NCBI RefSeq assembly: GCF_018350175.1
Contig: NC_058373.1
Coordinates: forward strand, 111,788,001 to 111,852,000
Origin: Felis catus
Taxonomy: Eukaryota
DNA length: 64,000 bases
Direction of reading: 5' to 3'
Shown here: positions 35,693 through 46,469 of the stretch, piece after piece
Position numbering within the stretch: position 1 is the first letter of the stretch
How the letters are laid out: every line of letters begins with the position of its first letter
Program-made: the position numbers and the translations under genes
Notes under the pieces: model-generated
The model's input: only the letters and a program-made list of their open reading frames with translations
What the model was told of the DNA's origin: nothing
Databases searched by the model: none

Positions 35693-35807
35693 TTCCCTAG
35701 TATATTTTGAAGAGCACAAAGCGATTTTTAAAAGAAGTATTTAAAAAATAGCACTAAAGATGACTGCAATGATATACTTACAGAGTTTTATCATCTACTT
35801 GGTCTCC

Positions 35808-36025
35808 ATTTTTAAAATTTTTTGGAGTTTAGTTGACACACAATGTTACATTCGTTTCAGGTGTACAACATCGTGATCGGACAGGTCTGTATGTTATGCT
35901 GTGCTTACCACAAGCATAGCTGCCATCTGTCACATACAACGTTATTACAATATTATTGATTATATTCCCTCTGTTGTGCCTTTTATCTCTGTGACTTCCT
36001 CATTCTGTAACTGGAAGCCTGTAAT
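35808..36025 (-). mobile_element. L1 3' end (carnivore/L1MA-type)
   Basis: tagttgacacacaatgttacattcgtttcaggtgtacaacat...attattgattatattccct...taactggaagcctgta. Confidence 0.88.
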
Positions 36026-36029
36026 TCAG

Positions 36030-36790
36030 TGCTACACAAGACAGGCCAAGGAGGCACAGGCCCTGCCCAGAGAGAGGTAAGACCTCGGCAGGGAGAGATC
36101 CAGGGGCTGAGGCCACATGGGGGGTGTGGCCAGCCCAGGGGACTAGGGAAGGCTTCTGGAAGGAGTGCTGGTTAGGCCCATCACCAGCTGTGTCTGACAC
36201 AGAAGGAGCAAGTCCCTGGAGCAGGAGACCATGCTTTGAGGGGACTGCGAAGACAAGAGTCCTGTTGGCTGAATTTTGGGGTCTTGGTAACAGATGTTGG
36301 GGTGGAGAAGAGGATGGGAAATACTTCCTAAAGGAGGATGGGAAATACTTCCTCTGTCCCCCGGGGCCAGAAGGGTGTGTGGGAGCTGGCCAGGTGGGGA
36401 GTGGGGCATGACTAAGGTCCTAGAGGGTCTAAGGAGAGGAGAGACAGTAGGGTGTTCAGGCACAGGCATAGTGCGTGGGTGATAGGGCATGAGGTGAGGC
36501 TGAAGGGGTGGGTGGGGACCAGGTGTCTCAGCTGGATTCAGGAGGCCATATTCAGCGAGTGGCATGTAATTCTGAGGGCATAGTCAGATTTCCCACTGCA
36601 GAAGAGCATGCTGGCAGCAGTGTGGAGTGTAAATAAATGAGGTCATGGGGTAGGGGGAGGCAGGGAGATCCCCAGGAGTCTGGGTGAGCCATGGCGTGAG
36701 TGATGAGGGCTGTGGCAGAGGCACGGAGGCAAGAACAAGAGGTTTCAGAGATAACCAGAAAGTAGGGTGGGAAAGAGCGTGGCACCCGGG
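36030..36790 (-). mobile_element. Degenerate L2 fragment
   Basis: acagacaggccaagg...cctgcccagagagagg; gggaaggcttctggaagg; gcagcagtgtggagtgtaaa...ggcagggagatcccc. Confidence 0.5.
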
Positions 36791-37037
36791 GTGATTGCTG
36801 GGAGCCCCACATTTGTGCATAGTGGTAAGAGCAGCGAGGCTGAGGAAGGAGACTCGGTGAGGTCTGTCCTGCCACAGCTCAGGTCCTCTTTGACCTTCAC
36901 CCTCACCCAGGGTCATGGGGGAAGGCTTCTCCACAAGGGGAATGACTGCTGCTCCCTGTTTGCCTGTTGTCCTCCTCCCTGTCCTTACCTCACTGCCCAC
37001 CTTGGTTCTCAGGGTCCAGTACTCACCATTGAGGTGT

Positions 37038-37260
37038 CTTTTTTTGTTTTTATTTTTCATTTTTATTCACTTATTCTGAGAGAGAGAGACAGAACACGAG
37101 CAGGGGAGGGCAGACAGAGAGAGAGAGAGAGAATCCCAAGTAGGCTCCGCACTGTCAGCACAGAGCCTGATGGGGGCCTCGACCCCACGAACTGTGAGAT
37201 CGTGACCTGAGCCTCAACCAAGAGTCAGACTCTTAATCGACTGAGCCACCCAGGAGCCCC
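37038..37260 (-). mobile_element. CAN-SINE
   Basis: Complete body in reverse ending caggagcccc. Confidence 0.95.
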
Positions 37261-37468
37261 ACGCTGTTGGTTTAAATGCTCACATAACTGTACATCCACA
37301 GTGGGGGCCACTTGTGAATTGCAAACTGCATGGCAGAGACTGTGCAGGTGACCAGAGGGCTTCTCAGGAGCCCAGCTGGCCTGGCTCAGCACTTGAGCGT
37401 GATGCATTTGCTCCCGGATCTTTTCTAGTACCAAGCCCTGTCAGTCTGCAGGCTCTTCTTTCTCCTCT

Positions 37469-37660
37469 GAGAGATTCTTAACCTGGGGTCTGCTTCCTTT
37501 CAGGATCTATGAATGGGCTAGAAACCCATTCATGAATGCACTTGAGGGTCATTTTGGAGTTCCGTGTAGAGCTTTATGCGTATGTGAAGTTTTTCTGGGA
37601 AGGCTGCGCATAGCTATCAGATCCTCTGAGGGATTTATGATCCCCCCCAAAAGTCACTGG
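37469..37660 (+). mobile_element. Charlie4z-like hAT MITE
   Basis: gagattcttaacctggggtc...tttttctgggaagg...catagctatcagatcctctgaggg...gtcactg. Confidence 0.75.
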
Positions 37661-37946
37661 TTTGGGCTTTGATTTCAAGGTTAAAAATTTCTGGCCAATT
37701 TTCTCTGTCATTATCCCCATCACCTCCCAATGTTAATTTCCTCGAACAGACTTTGCCTTGTGTCTTCACAATATTGCCGGGAATTCAAAGTAAGCATTTG
37801 CCTGTTAAAGTTTATCTCCATCTTGCCCTGAAAAGCTTCCATTACCCTGCATTAAACATTTCAAAATAGTCTCCTCACATGTTTATATTTTATGGTGGGG
37901 AAAAAAATTGTTATCTGAGGTCCCTCTTCCCTCAGGCCCTCATCCA

Positions 37947-37974
37947 TTTTTGTATTTAAGTTTTGTTTATTTAC

Positions 37975-38019
<45 letters not shown>

Positions 38020-38131
38020 CTCTGTCAGTGCAGAGCCTGATGTGGGGCTTTAACTCACGAACCCGTGAAATCATGACCTGAGCTGAAATCAAGAGTCAGA
38101 AGCTTAATCTACTGAGCCACCCAGACACCCC
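37947..38131 (-). mobile_element. CAN-SINE with long (GA)n and internal deletion
   Basis: (GA)~20 joined directly to ggctctgtcagtgcagagcc. Confidence 0.92.
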
Positions 38132-38184
38132 ACCCCCCACCCCTTCACTTTTGAAGAGGGAGCAAGCTCGCTGTGGATTTGTCT

Positions 38185-38390
38185 GGCTGTTGGGTACTTA
38201 TGCTATGTCAGGCTCTGGGCAAAGCATCTTACTGGTGTTATCTTGTTTAAAGCTCTTAACTGTGCTGTGAGACAGACACTAGAATTATCTCATTTTTGAA
38301 ATGAGGAAACTGAGGCACAGAGTAACAGTGAGGTAGGAAATAGCAGACCCAGGAGTCACACTCAGGCAGTAGAAATCCAGAGGCTTTGTC
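38185..38390 (-). mobile_element. MIR
   Basis: tattatctcatttttgaaatgaggaaactgaggcacagag. Confidence 0.85.
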
Positions 38391-38514
38391 TTCACTTCCC
38401 ACGAAGTCCTGTCTTCCCTTCATCTGTTTCCTGCTTCACCTGAGGAAGTCACTGTTCTTACTTGCCTCCGAGCTTAGACTCTGTTTCATCCAGAGTCAAA
38501 TTCTAACTCTTCTT

Positions 38515-38750
38515 TAAATTTTTTTAAAAAAATATTTATTTATTTTTGAGAGAGAGAGAGAAAGAGAGACAGAGAAACAGGGTGTGAGTGGGGGAGGGGC
38601 AGAGAGAGAGGGCGACACAGAATCCGAAGCAGGCTCCAGGCTCTGAGCTGTCTGCACAGAGCCCAATGTGGGGCTCGACCTCAAGAACCGTGAGATCATG
38701 ACCTAAGCCAAAGTCAGCTGCCTAACTGACTGAGCCACCCAGGCGCCCTC
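38515..38750 (-). mobile_element. CAN-SINE
   Basis: TSD tcaaattctaa(c/t)tcttctt at 38496-38514 and 38751-38769. Confidence 0.97.
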
Positions 38751-39536
38751 TCAAATTCTAATTCTTCTTACTGAAGTTCCTTTTGGAATAGTGGACAAGA
38801 GATCTTGCACAGGGGAAGTGGTAGCTTTTTAATAGGAGTAGCCAAAATCAGCTTCTTTCACCAAGGGATGATTTGAAAGTCCAAGAAAGGTTCTACTACT
38901 TCTCAGTATTTCCCTAACTTAGAATTCCAATGTCCCAAATTCCAACGTTAGAGGTTTATTCCTTTGAATTGGTTTTTTCCCACTGCACTTGAGCCTCTTA
39001 AAAAACATAGGAATCACCCTGGGGATATGAATTAGGGAGCTGCATAAGCTATGGTGACAGCCCTGAAAGCTCTGAGGGTGGAACATGTTCCCAGAGGGAA
39101 GGGAATACATACAAGGGTTGCCAAGGACCAGCCCTGTACATGGCCCCTATCTTGTCACTATGTTGGAAGGAGCTTTGTGAACAAGACTCATCACTGGATC
39201 TCCAACATTAAACTTACTCATGTCCAGCCTGGTGCTTCCATAGCTGGGAGAGTTTGAGCAGGAACAGTTTGGGACTGTCCAAAGTTCTCAAGGTTTCCCT
39301 TGCATTTCCCCTTTGCGAGGTCACCTCTGGGAAGCTAGCCATTGGCCTGATATTAACTAATGTCAGAGAGATCGACCTTGGTTTCTGGAAAAGGTGGTCT
39401 ACAGTTGTCATAGGGGCAACATTACCCACCAGGGGACCAGAAGGCAAGTGACCAGCTAATGGCTTGAGAATAGTCTCCAACATCCCTCACCTTGGTCCCA
39501 GGGGAGGCCACTAGATGATTATCTGGGAAAGGGCTC

Positions 39537-39935
39537 TGCTGTGGGCTTCACTGTGTCTCCCTGAAATCCATATGTGAAGTTCTAACCCCCAGTTCCTCTG
39601 AATGTGATTATATTTGGAACTTTACAGAGGTGATTAAGTTAAAATGAGGCTGTTAGGGTAGGGCTCTAAACTCATCTGACTGTATCCTTCTAAGAAGAGG
39701 AAATTTGGACACACAGAGGCTGCAGGGGTGTGTGTGCACAGAGGGACCATCTTGTGAAGAGGCAGCAAGAAGGCAGACATCTGCAAGCCAAGGAGAACAA
39801 CCTCAGGGGAAACCAGCCCTGAGGACACCTTGATCTTGGACTTCCACCTGCCAGGACTGTGAGAAAATAAATTTCTCTTGTTTAAGCCAACTAGTCTATA
39901 ACACCTTATTACAGCAGCCCTAGCAAACTAATCCA
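39537..39935 (+). mobile_element. MLT1B-like MaLR solo LTR (full length)
   Basis: TG...CA ends; gtgattaagttaaaatgagg, accttgatcttggacttcc, gagaaaataaatttctcttgtttaagcc, gcagccctagcaaactaatcca. Confidence 0.92.
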
Positions 39936-39954
39936 GACCCCCTGAGATTTAGAG

Positions 39955-40195
39955 CAGGAGCCTCCAAAATGGTATGTACCTAGATGATCCTTTGAGATGA
40001 AGGAAGAAAATTTCTAACATTCATGTCTATTGATTTTCATCTGATTCTGTGCTAATTTCAATTTCTTATGTATGTTTTAAAATGGATGTAATAGATGAAT
40101 ATGGTAGGATGTGCATATAATACATATCATATTCGGGGATGTATACTTAAAACCATTTACAGATTGGGTAAATAATAAAAGTTTGGAGACCACTG
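39955..40195 (+). mobile_element. Non-autonomous hAT-Charlie element (subfamily uncertain)
   Basis: cagg..cctccaaa start and aaagtttggagaccactg end (Charlie-type TIRs). Confidence 0.65.
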
Positions 40196-40778
40196 AGCTG
40201 AGATGGTGACTCTCTATGTATCTCGAACTCCTAAAGACAAATAAGAATAATTTCTCTTCTCATAATTGCAAGTGCCCTAAAGAGTTCATCATTTGTTCCC
40301 TACTCTTTCCCAGCTTCCTAAAGATGTCTGGGGAGCTACTCCTTGCTTATATCAGTGAGATTTATGTCGTCATTACTATAATTGTTATCTATGAGTGCTT
40401 GTGAGTAATGGCTCATAGAAATGTGTTCTATTGAATGGACTAGAGGCAACAGAAAATCAATCCATTAAAAACCACGCTTTTCTTAAACCACTCCCTTTTC
40501 CCTTTCTGCTCTTGAAGAAGGGGCCCAGCTTTTTAGGATCCCTAAGTTGTCAAGATTACTAAGCATTGATAGCATGAGGGAAGGGGGCTCGGTAGATCTC
40601 TGCTGTTTTCCCTTCCAGTCCTACCAGTCACAGCCAGCCCCAATTCTGGTCTCAGATAAAACTCTGAAAGCCTGGCCAGACTCAGGCAAGTGGGTCTCAT
40701 CAACCCCTATTTAGGGACTCTGCTCATGACCCCTTAAAAACCTGTCAATACAGTGGTTTAATGTACACACCCCGAAAA

Positions 40779-40809
<31 letters not shown>

Positions 40810-40965
40810 ATTGTGGATCTGAGATCCTGGAACTCAAAGAGAAAGCCAACCAGGTCTTATGATCATACAAAGGAGGGGCCAGTGATGACCCACTTCAGTC
40901 CTGACCACATCTTGGCCACATTCACTCTTTGCTTTAAGGTTAGGCAGGAACCATTTGTCCCCATT

Positions 40966-41177
40966 AATTTTTTTTTTAAATGTTTATTTATTTTTGAGAG
41001 AGAGAGGGAGAGCAAGTAGGGGAGTGGCAGAGAGAGAGAGGGAGACACAGAATCGGAAGCAGGCTCCAGGCTCTGAGGTGTTAGCACAGAGCCTAATGAG
41101 GGGCTCAAACCCAGGAACTCTGAGATCATGACCTGAGCAAAGTTCGACACTCATCTGACTGAGCCACCCAAGTGCAT
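40966..41177 (-). mobile_element. CAN-SINE
   Basis: TSD ccattt(g/a)tc(c/t)ccatt at 40951-40965 and 41178-41192. Confidence 0.96.
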
Positions 41178-42234
41178 CCATTTATCTCCATTTAAAGGGG
41201 GAAAGATGTCCTACCCGATTCCAAAGTGGGCAGGTTGGTCTGGCTCTGCAAGGCTCAGACTCACTCAATGGTCTTGCAATTAGATAGGACCTGGAAAGCT
41301 CTTGGAAGTGACTTCCCCTGGCAGACACTGCCCAAGTTCGAGAAAGAATATTTCTGGTACACACGCTGACCCTGAATCGAATTACGCCGGCAGAATGTTT
41401 GAAATGGAAAAAGTCAATGCTATGGTGGTGACATTAAAAATGTCTCTTTGGCTGAGTGGTTAATCTCCTTTCATTGTTTAAATGTGCCTACGGGGCCCAG
41501 GAGAGTCACAAATCTTCGTGAAAGGGAACTGGCTCTCAGAATTGGCTGGCAGATATATAGTTTTCCTGACAACTGGTGAGGAGGCCATGCAGCCTGCACA
41601 TTACTTATGCCATCAGCACTTGGGAGCCACCATGACCCGTGTCCTAAATAAATGCCCCTTTGACAGGAGCATAAGCAGAACCGGCCTCTGGGGCAAGACC
41701 CTATGAGACTAGTCTGGCTGTCTCTGGTTTGGCATCTCCATGGTAAAATAATGAGACATAATGTCATTTTTGGGAAACGTCGGTCACACCCAGAGCCACG
41801 TAGAAGGCCTTATAGCCTTGCTCAGACTGCGCATAGTTAGGTTTGGTTCTCAGCTTTCTAGAAGAAATGAAATGGGACAGTATCATGAAAAAAGGAGGTG
41901 CTCTGCAGGCTGACAGATCAGGTGTGGGATACTGACTTTTCTTTTTCAATGCTTGTGAGATTGTGGGTGAGAAATAAATTTTCTCTAGCTCTTAGTGTTC
42001 TTATCTCTAAGATGGGGAGAAGACCTATTCTATAGGCACTACTGTGGCGAGGGCCGTAAGCAGTAATGTACGCAGGGCACACTGTGCACATGCAATTGTG
42101 TTAGCTCCCTCCCCTCTTTCCCAGCAGGCAAAGATGTGCTCAACACCACGTCGTCTCTATTTGTAGCCATCAACAGCTGTGCTTCCCTGTGTGTGCAGCC
42201 CAACATCACTAAGGCTTGCTTTGGCTTTTTTCTC

Positions 42235-42460
42235 TCAGTTATTAATTCATTCTTGTATTCAGTCACTCGGTGCAAATGTATTTTTCTGGTGCTATGTGGG
42301 GACTAGGGGCACAATGTTGGACAAGTTAGACATCACGCCTGCCTCACAGAGCTTCTGGTTTGCAGCCAAGGTAGACAAAGACCCCCTGGCCTATCTTAAC
42401 AGGTGGTCAGAGGAGGCCTCCCCCCAGGAAGTGATGTTTAGTGAGAGCTGAAGGAAATGT
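42235..42460 (-). mobile_element. L2 3' fragment
   Basis: ttcattcttgtattcagtcact...cctgcctcacagagcttctgg...gtggtcagaggaggcctcccccaggaagtgatgttt. Confidence 0.7.
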
Positions 42461-42709
42461 ACTAATCTGGCCATGCTCCCCCTCTGTTGACTCATGCTCA
42501 ATGATGGACGTTTATAAATTGCTTGGAAAGGAGTATTCAGGGCTTATCAGGCAGGGAGCAAATCCACAGCTCTGCCTTTGTTATTTCTGTTCTCTAACCA
42601 GCTGAGCTGGCCAGCCACATCTTCAGTCTCAAGTTTGAAGTGGTATTAGAAAGTGGGACTCAACAGAGCACAGAGTTTGGCAACTGATGATACACAAATT
42701 TGGTGTTGG

Positions 42710-43790
42710 TATTTTGCATGCTTCTTGACTCAGAAATTCCACTTCTGGAAATTTACACTAAAGAACTAATAACTTATTTGTACAAAGATTTGACTACAAG
42801 GATGTTGTTTGCCAAATTATCTTTGCACAACACTGGAAACAATCTAGACCCTCCAAAATAGTGGTTTGGGTAAATCAATCCTGGTAAGTGTATTCAGAGA
42901 GATAATAAGCAGCCATTAAAATACTTTATAGAAAATAGGAATTAAAAAGATGTTCACAATGTATGTTAAATGAAGAAAGGGAAGTCATAAAATAGTACGT
43001 ATATTGTTTTTATAATTTTTCTTAGAAAAAATATGTAGAAGAGTATTATTAATTATTTCTAGGTTATAAAATTAAGAATGATTTTTATTGCCTTTTTTGC
43101 CTATTTTTTGGTTCTTCCCCAGTTACTATATATTCTCTGTGTATTAAGGAAAAGTTAGCATAAAAAATAGAGCTCTCACATGAAAAGATGGTCAACATCA
43201 TTAGTCATTAGGAAAATGCAAATCAAAACCACAATGAAATACCACTTTACACCCACTAGGATGGCTATTATCAAAAAGATGGACCTCATGAGGATATGGA
43301 GAAACTGGATGCGTATACATTGCTGGTGCAGCCCTTTGGTACAAATGTTAATAGCAGCGTTATTCATAATAACCAAAAAGTAGAAATAACCCAAGTTTCC
43401 ACCATCTGATGAATGGATAAGCAAATGTGGTATATCCATTCAATGGAATGTTATTTAGGCCATAAAAAGGAATACCAAAACATGCTATAACCATGGATGA
43501 ATTTTGAAAACATTATGCTAACTGAAGGAAATCAGACACAAAGGCCATATGTTACATGATTCCATTTAAATAAAATGTCCAGAATAAGTAAAGCCACCAA
43601 GATAGAAAGTAGATTAGTGGTTGCCAGGGGCTGGTAGCTGGGGGAGTAGGGAGTGACTGGTAATGGGGTACAGGGTTTCTTTTTGGAGATGATAAAAATA
43701 TTCTTGAATTAGATAGTGGTGATGGTTACACAAATTGTGAATATACTAAAACCTATTGAATTGTATTCTTACAAAAAAGAAACAAAATAA
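42710..43790 (+). mobile_element. Two L1 3' fragments (L1ME-like ~42710-43160; L1MB-like 43176-43790)
   Basis: tgactcagaaattccacttctggaaattta; cacatgaaaagatggtcaacatcattagtcattaggaaaatgcaaatcaaaaccacaatg...gatagtggtgatggttacacaa, A-tail. Confidence 0.88.
43180..43383 (+). pseudogene. L1 ORF2 C-terminal remnant with internal deletion
   Basis: MKRWSTSLVIRKMQIKTTMKYHFTPTRMAIIKK...HCW...MLIAALFII matches the L1 ORF2 C-terminus (MQIKTTMRYHLTPVRMAIIKK...MFIAALFTI). Confidence 0.85.
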
Positions 43791-43935
43791 GAAAAGTAGG
43801 CCTTTCTTCTCTGGCATTAACCCTTTTATACAATGAAGAATCACTGTCAAGGTCCCCTGAACATACATGAGACCAATACTCCTCTAGCTTTTCCTCTGTC
43901 TTTCAGAATAACAGGAGGTACAACTTTGGCACACA

Positions 43936-44006
43936 TGTATTAACCATATCTTCCTTCCTTCCTTCCTTCTTTCCTTCCTTCCTTCCTTCCTTCCCTCTTT
44001 CTTTCT

Positions 44007-44050
<44 letters not shown>

Positions 44051-44586
44051 TCATTTTGATGCTTTGACATCTGGAAGCCTTGCTGAGCCAGGAGTGATTG
44101 TCCCTCCCAGGACTAGTCAATTCCTAGAGATAAACAACTTGCCTAGGAGTGCACCTTTCATATTCAAACCAACTGATCCAAATGGCTCTAACCTGAGCCA
44201 TTATCTTTATTGGGCTCTCACACTCAGGGCCACTATTTCCCTGGCCTAATCACCCCAGGGCCAGGGACCAACTAGGGAGAACCTCTATACTGCAGAGCTT
44301 AGCAAAATTATCTAAACTAGACAATCCTAAATCTGCTTGCTTTGCCTTACCTGTTCCTCTCTGAGGAAACTACAATAGAGGCTCTTGCCCACAATTTCTC
44401 CTTGCTCCTGCTTTCTGACTGACCCTGGTGCTTCTCCGTGTGCCTCCCCTGCATGTCAGGCCATGCTTCCTATTCCTAGTGATCTGTGAGTTAAAAAAAA
44501 AAAAAAAGTCTCTCTCTCCAACGATGATTTCCATGTCTGTGTTTCACCATACCTGATTAAAACAAATCTTGGGTACCCTTGAAACA
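43936..44586 (+). mobile_element. MER74A-like ERVL solo LTR
   Basis: tgtattaaccat...gatgctttgacatctgg..ccttgctga...aattcctagagata...ctaatcaccccagggccagg...ggctcttgcccac...caccatacctga...aaaca. Confidence 0.88.
43949..44052. repeat. (TTCC)n-(TTTC)n microsatellite inside the LTR
   Basis: ~100 bp pure pyrimidine tract. Confidence 0.95.
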
Positions 44587-45732
44587 ATATACATCTGGAA
44601 GACTATCAAACCATGGCCTGATATACTGGCAGAAATCACAGGATGATCAAAGAAATCAGTGCTTTTATGAGGTATTCAGCAGAAGAGGCAATAATTAATA
44701 TTGTCGGAATCTTTCTCCAGGACTCCTGAATCTCTCTTATGGACTGATTTTTCAAAACCATTTTTCCCGCCAACACCCATTTCTACCCTATTATGGGTTA
44801 CCCATGGATACCCAGGCCTTAATGTTCCTAGTGTCTCATCTGCCATATAAACACACATGTGATATGTGTGTGTGTGTGCAATTGCATTTTTGGCTCATCA
44901 GTCATGGCTATCCCAGGTAGTAGGAACTGAGTGATTTGGGTTTGCTCTGCATTACAATACCTAACTTGACAAAAATCCGGGTAATCTATTGTTTATCCTC
45001 TTCCTTCTCTAAGTCTGACTGGCCATCTCAGGCATAAAATGGCATCAACTGTTAAGGGATTAGACAATCCCATAGCATAGTGTTAGTTACCACAAACATG
45101 CAGTATGCAACCACACAGAAGAACTAATCTCCCCTTCCCTCAGACAACACAAGAATTAGCAGTTTTATTGAATACTGTTATTAAAAAAACACACAAAAAA
45201 CAAAAGAACCCCAAAAAATGATCAACTGAATTTGTTGAGCACAGAAGAAATAAAGGTGCCCTCAAGGCCTTGAATAAGTAAATTTGGATTGTGCACCCCC
45301 AGGAGAGAGAGGAGAGGAGAAAATTGGCTCTGATGGAGATAGCAAGACCAGCTGGGATGAGAGAAAGCCATTTCAGGCTGGGTTTGTTATTTGATTTCAG
45401 CTGACCACGCTGGACTAGCTTTGCATCTTGCCCTTTTTCTCATTGCCTTTGGAGAGTCATCCTGGCTTGACCAGATTCACTGAATAGGAATCCAGCCCAA
45501 CCATATGCAACACCAAACTCAGACAAGGCTGTATTGTTTTTGACTGAGATCTTTCTTCTCAGGCTTACCAAATGGCTCAGAGTTGATGGACCCAAAAACA
45601 ATAATTATGAGTCTCAAAGAATACTTGGCTTTAGATCAATGTCTACCTTTGGAGAATGAGATTCTTTATCTGTAAAATAGGGCAATAATTACTATTTCAT
45701 AGCAATATTGTGAATATTAAGAAGATAATGCA

Positions 45733-45873
45733 CCGCATCAGGCTCTGGGCTGATGGCTCAGAACCTGGAGCCTGCTTCCGATTCTGTGTCTCCCTGTCTC
45801 TCTGCCCCTCCCCCGTTCATGCTCTCTCTCTGTCTCAAAAATAAATAAACGTTAAAAAAAATTAAAAAAAAAG
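45733..45873 (+). mobile_element. 5'-truncated CAN-SINE inserted in a MIR (~45600-45910)
   Basis: Starts at ccgcatcaggctctgggctgatgg; TSD agaagataatgca at 45720-45732 and 45874-45886. Confidence 0.95.
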
Positions 45874-46239
45874 AGAAGATAATGCATATAAAAACTCGGC
45901 ATGTATCGAAGGAAGGAAAGATAATGTCCTAAGCTCATGAGACTTTGTTAGGAATTTGAGATTCTATTTCATTTATTTTCCTTTGAGAAAAATAAAGGAA
46001 GGAGAAGGTAGAATCTATTTCAAAGGATTAGTCTAGTCATATCACTTTCCTTCTAAATAACATTTCTCCTGCTTGTTGTATTTTGGATCCACTACTAATG
46101 TGCATTAGTTTCCAATTTCCCTTCAGCCACTCTCCAGAAGTGCAATATTGGTTCTTTGTCTTAGGGATATTTCATTTCCTCAATCATGTTAAATCAAACA
46201 AACCTCCCATACCAGCAAACAGAAAGGAGCAGCTCTGGG

Positions 46240-46325
46240 CCTCTGAACTAATTTGCACTGGCAAAACTGATCGGGCCTCCTCCAGTGTCTTAATTAGGAG
46301 TCTTAATCCCTTTGATTTAAAACCA
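46240..46325. promoter_or_regulatory. Candidate enhancer motif cluster (TAATTA, TAATCC, TCF/LEF)
   Basis: TAATTA 46291-46296, TAATCC 46304-46309 abutting CTTTGAT 46310-46316. Confidence 0.3.
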
Positions 46326-46469
46326 GAAAAAATACAGGGCATGGTAGGAAACTCTGAGCATATTTATTTAATACAGACAAATAGGGTTTAGAAAGTTCAC
46401 TTAATATACAGTGTCAAAAGAAATGTATGTCCCTTTCTTCCTAATAATTCTTCCAGGATAAAGTATGGC

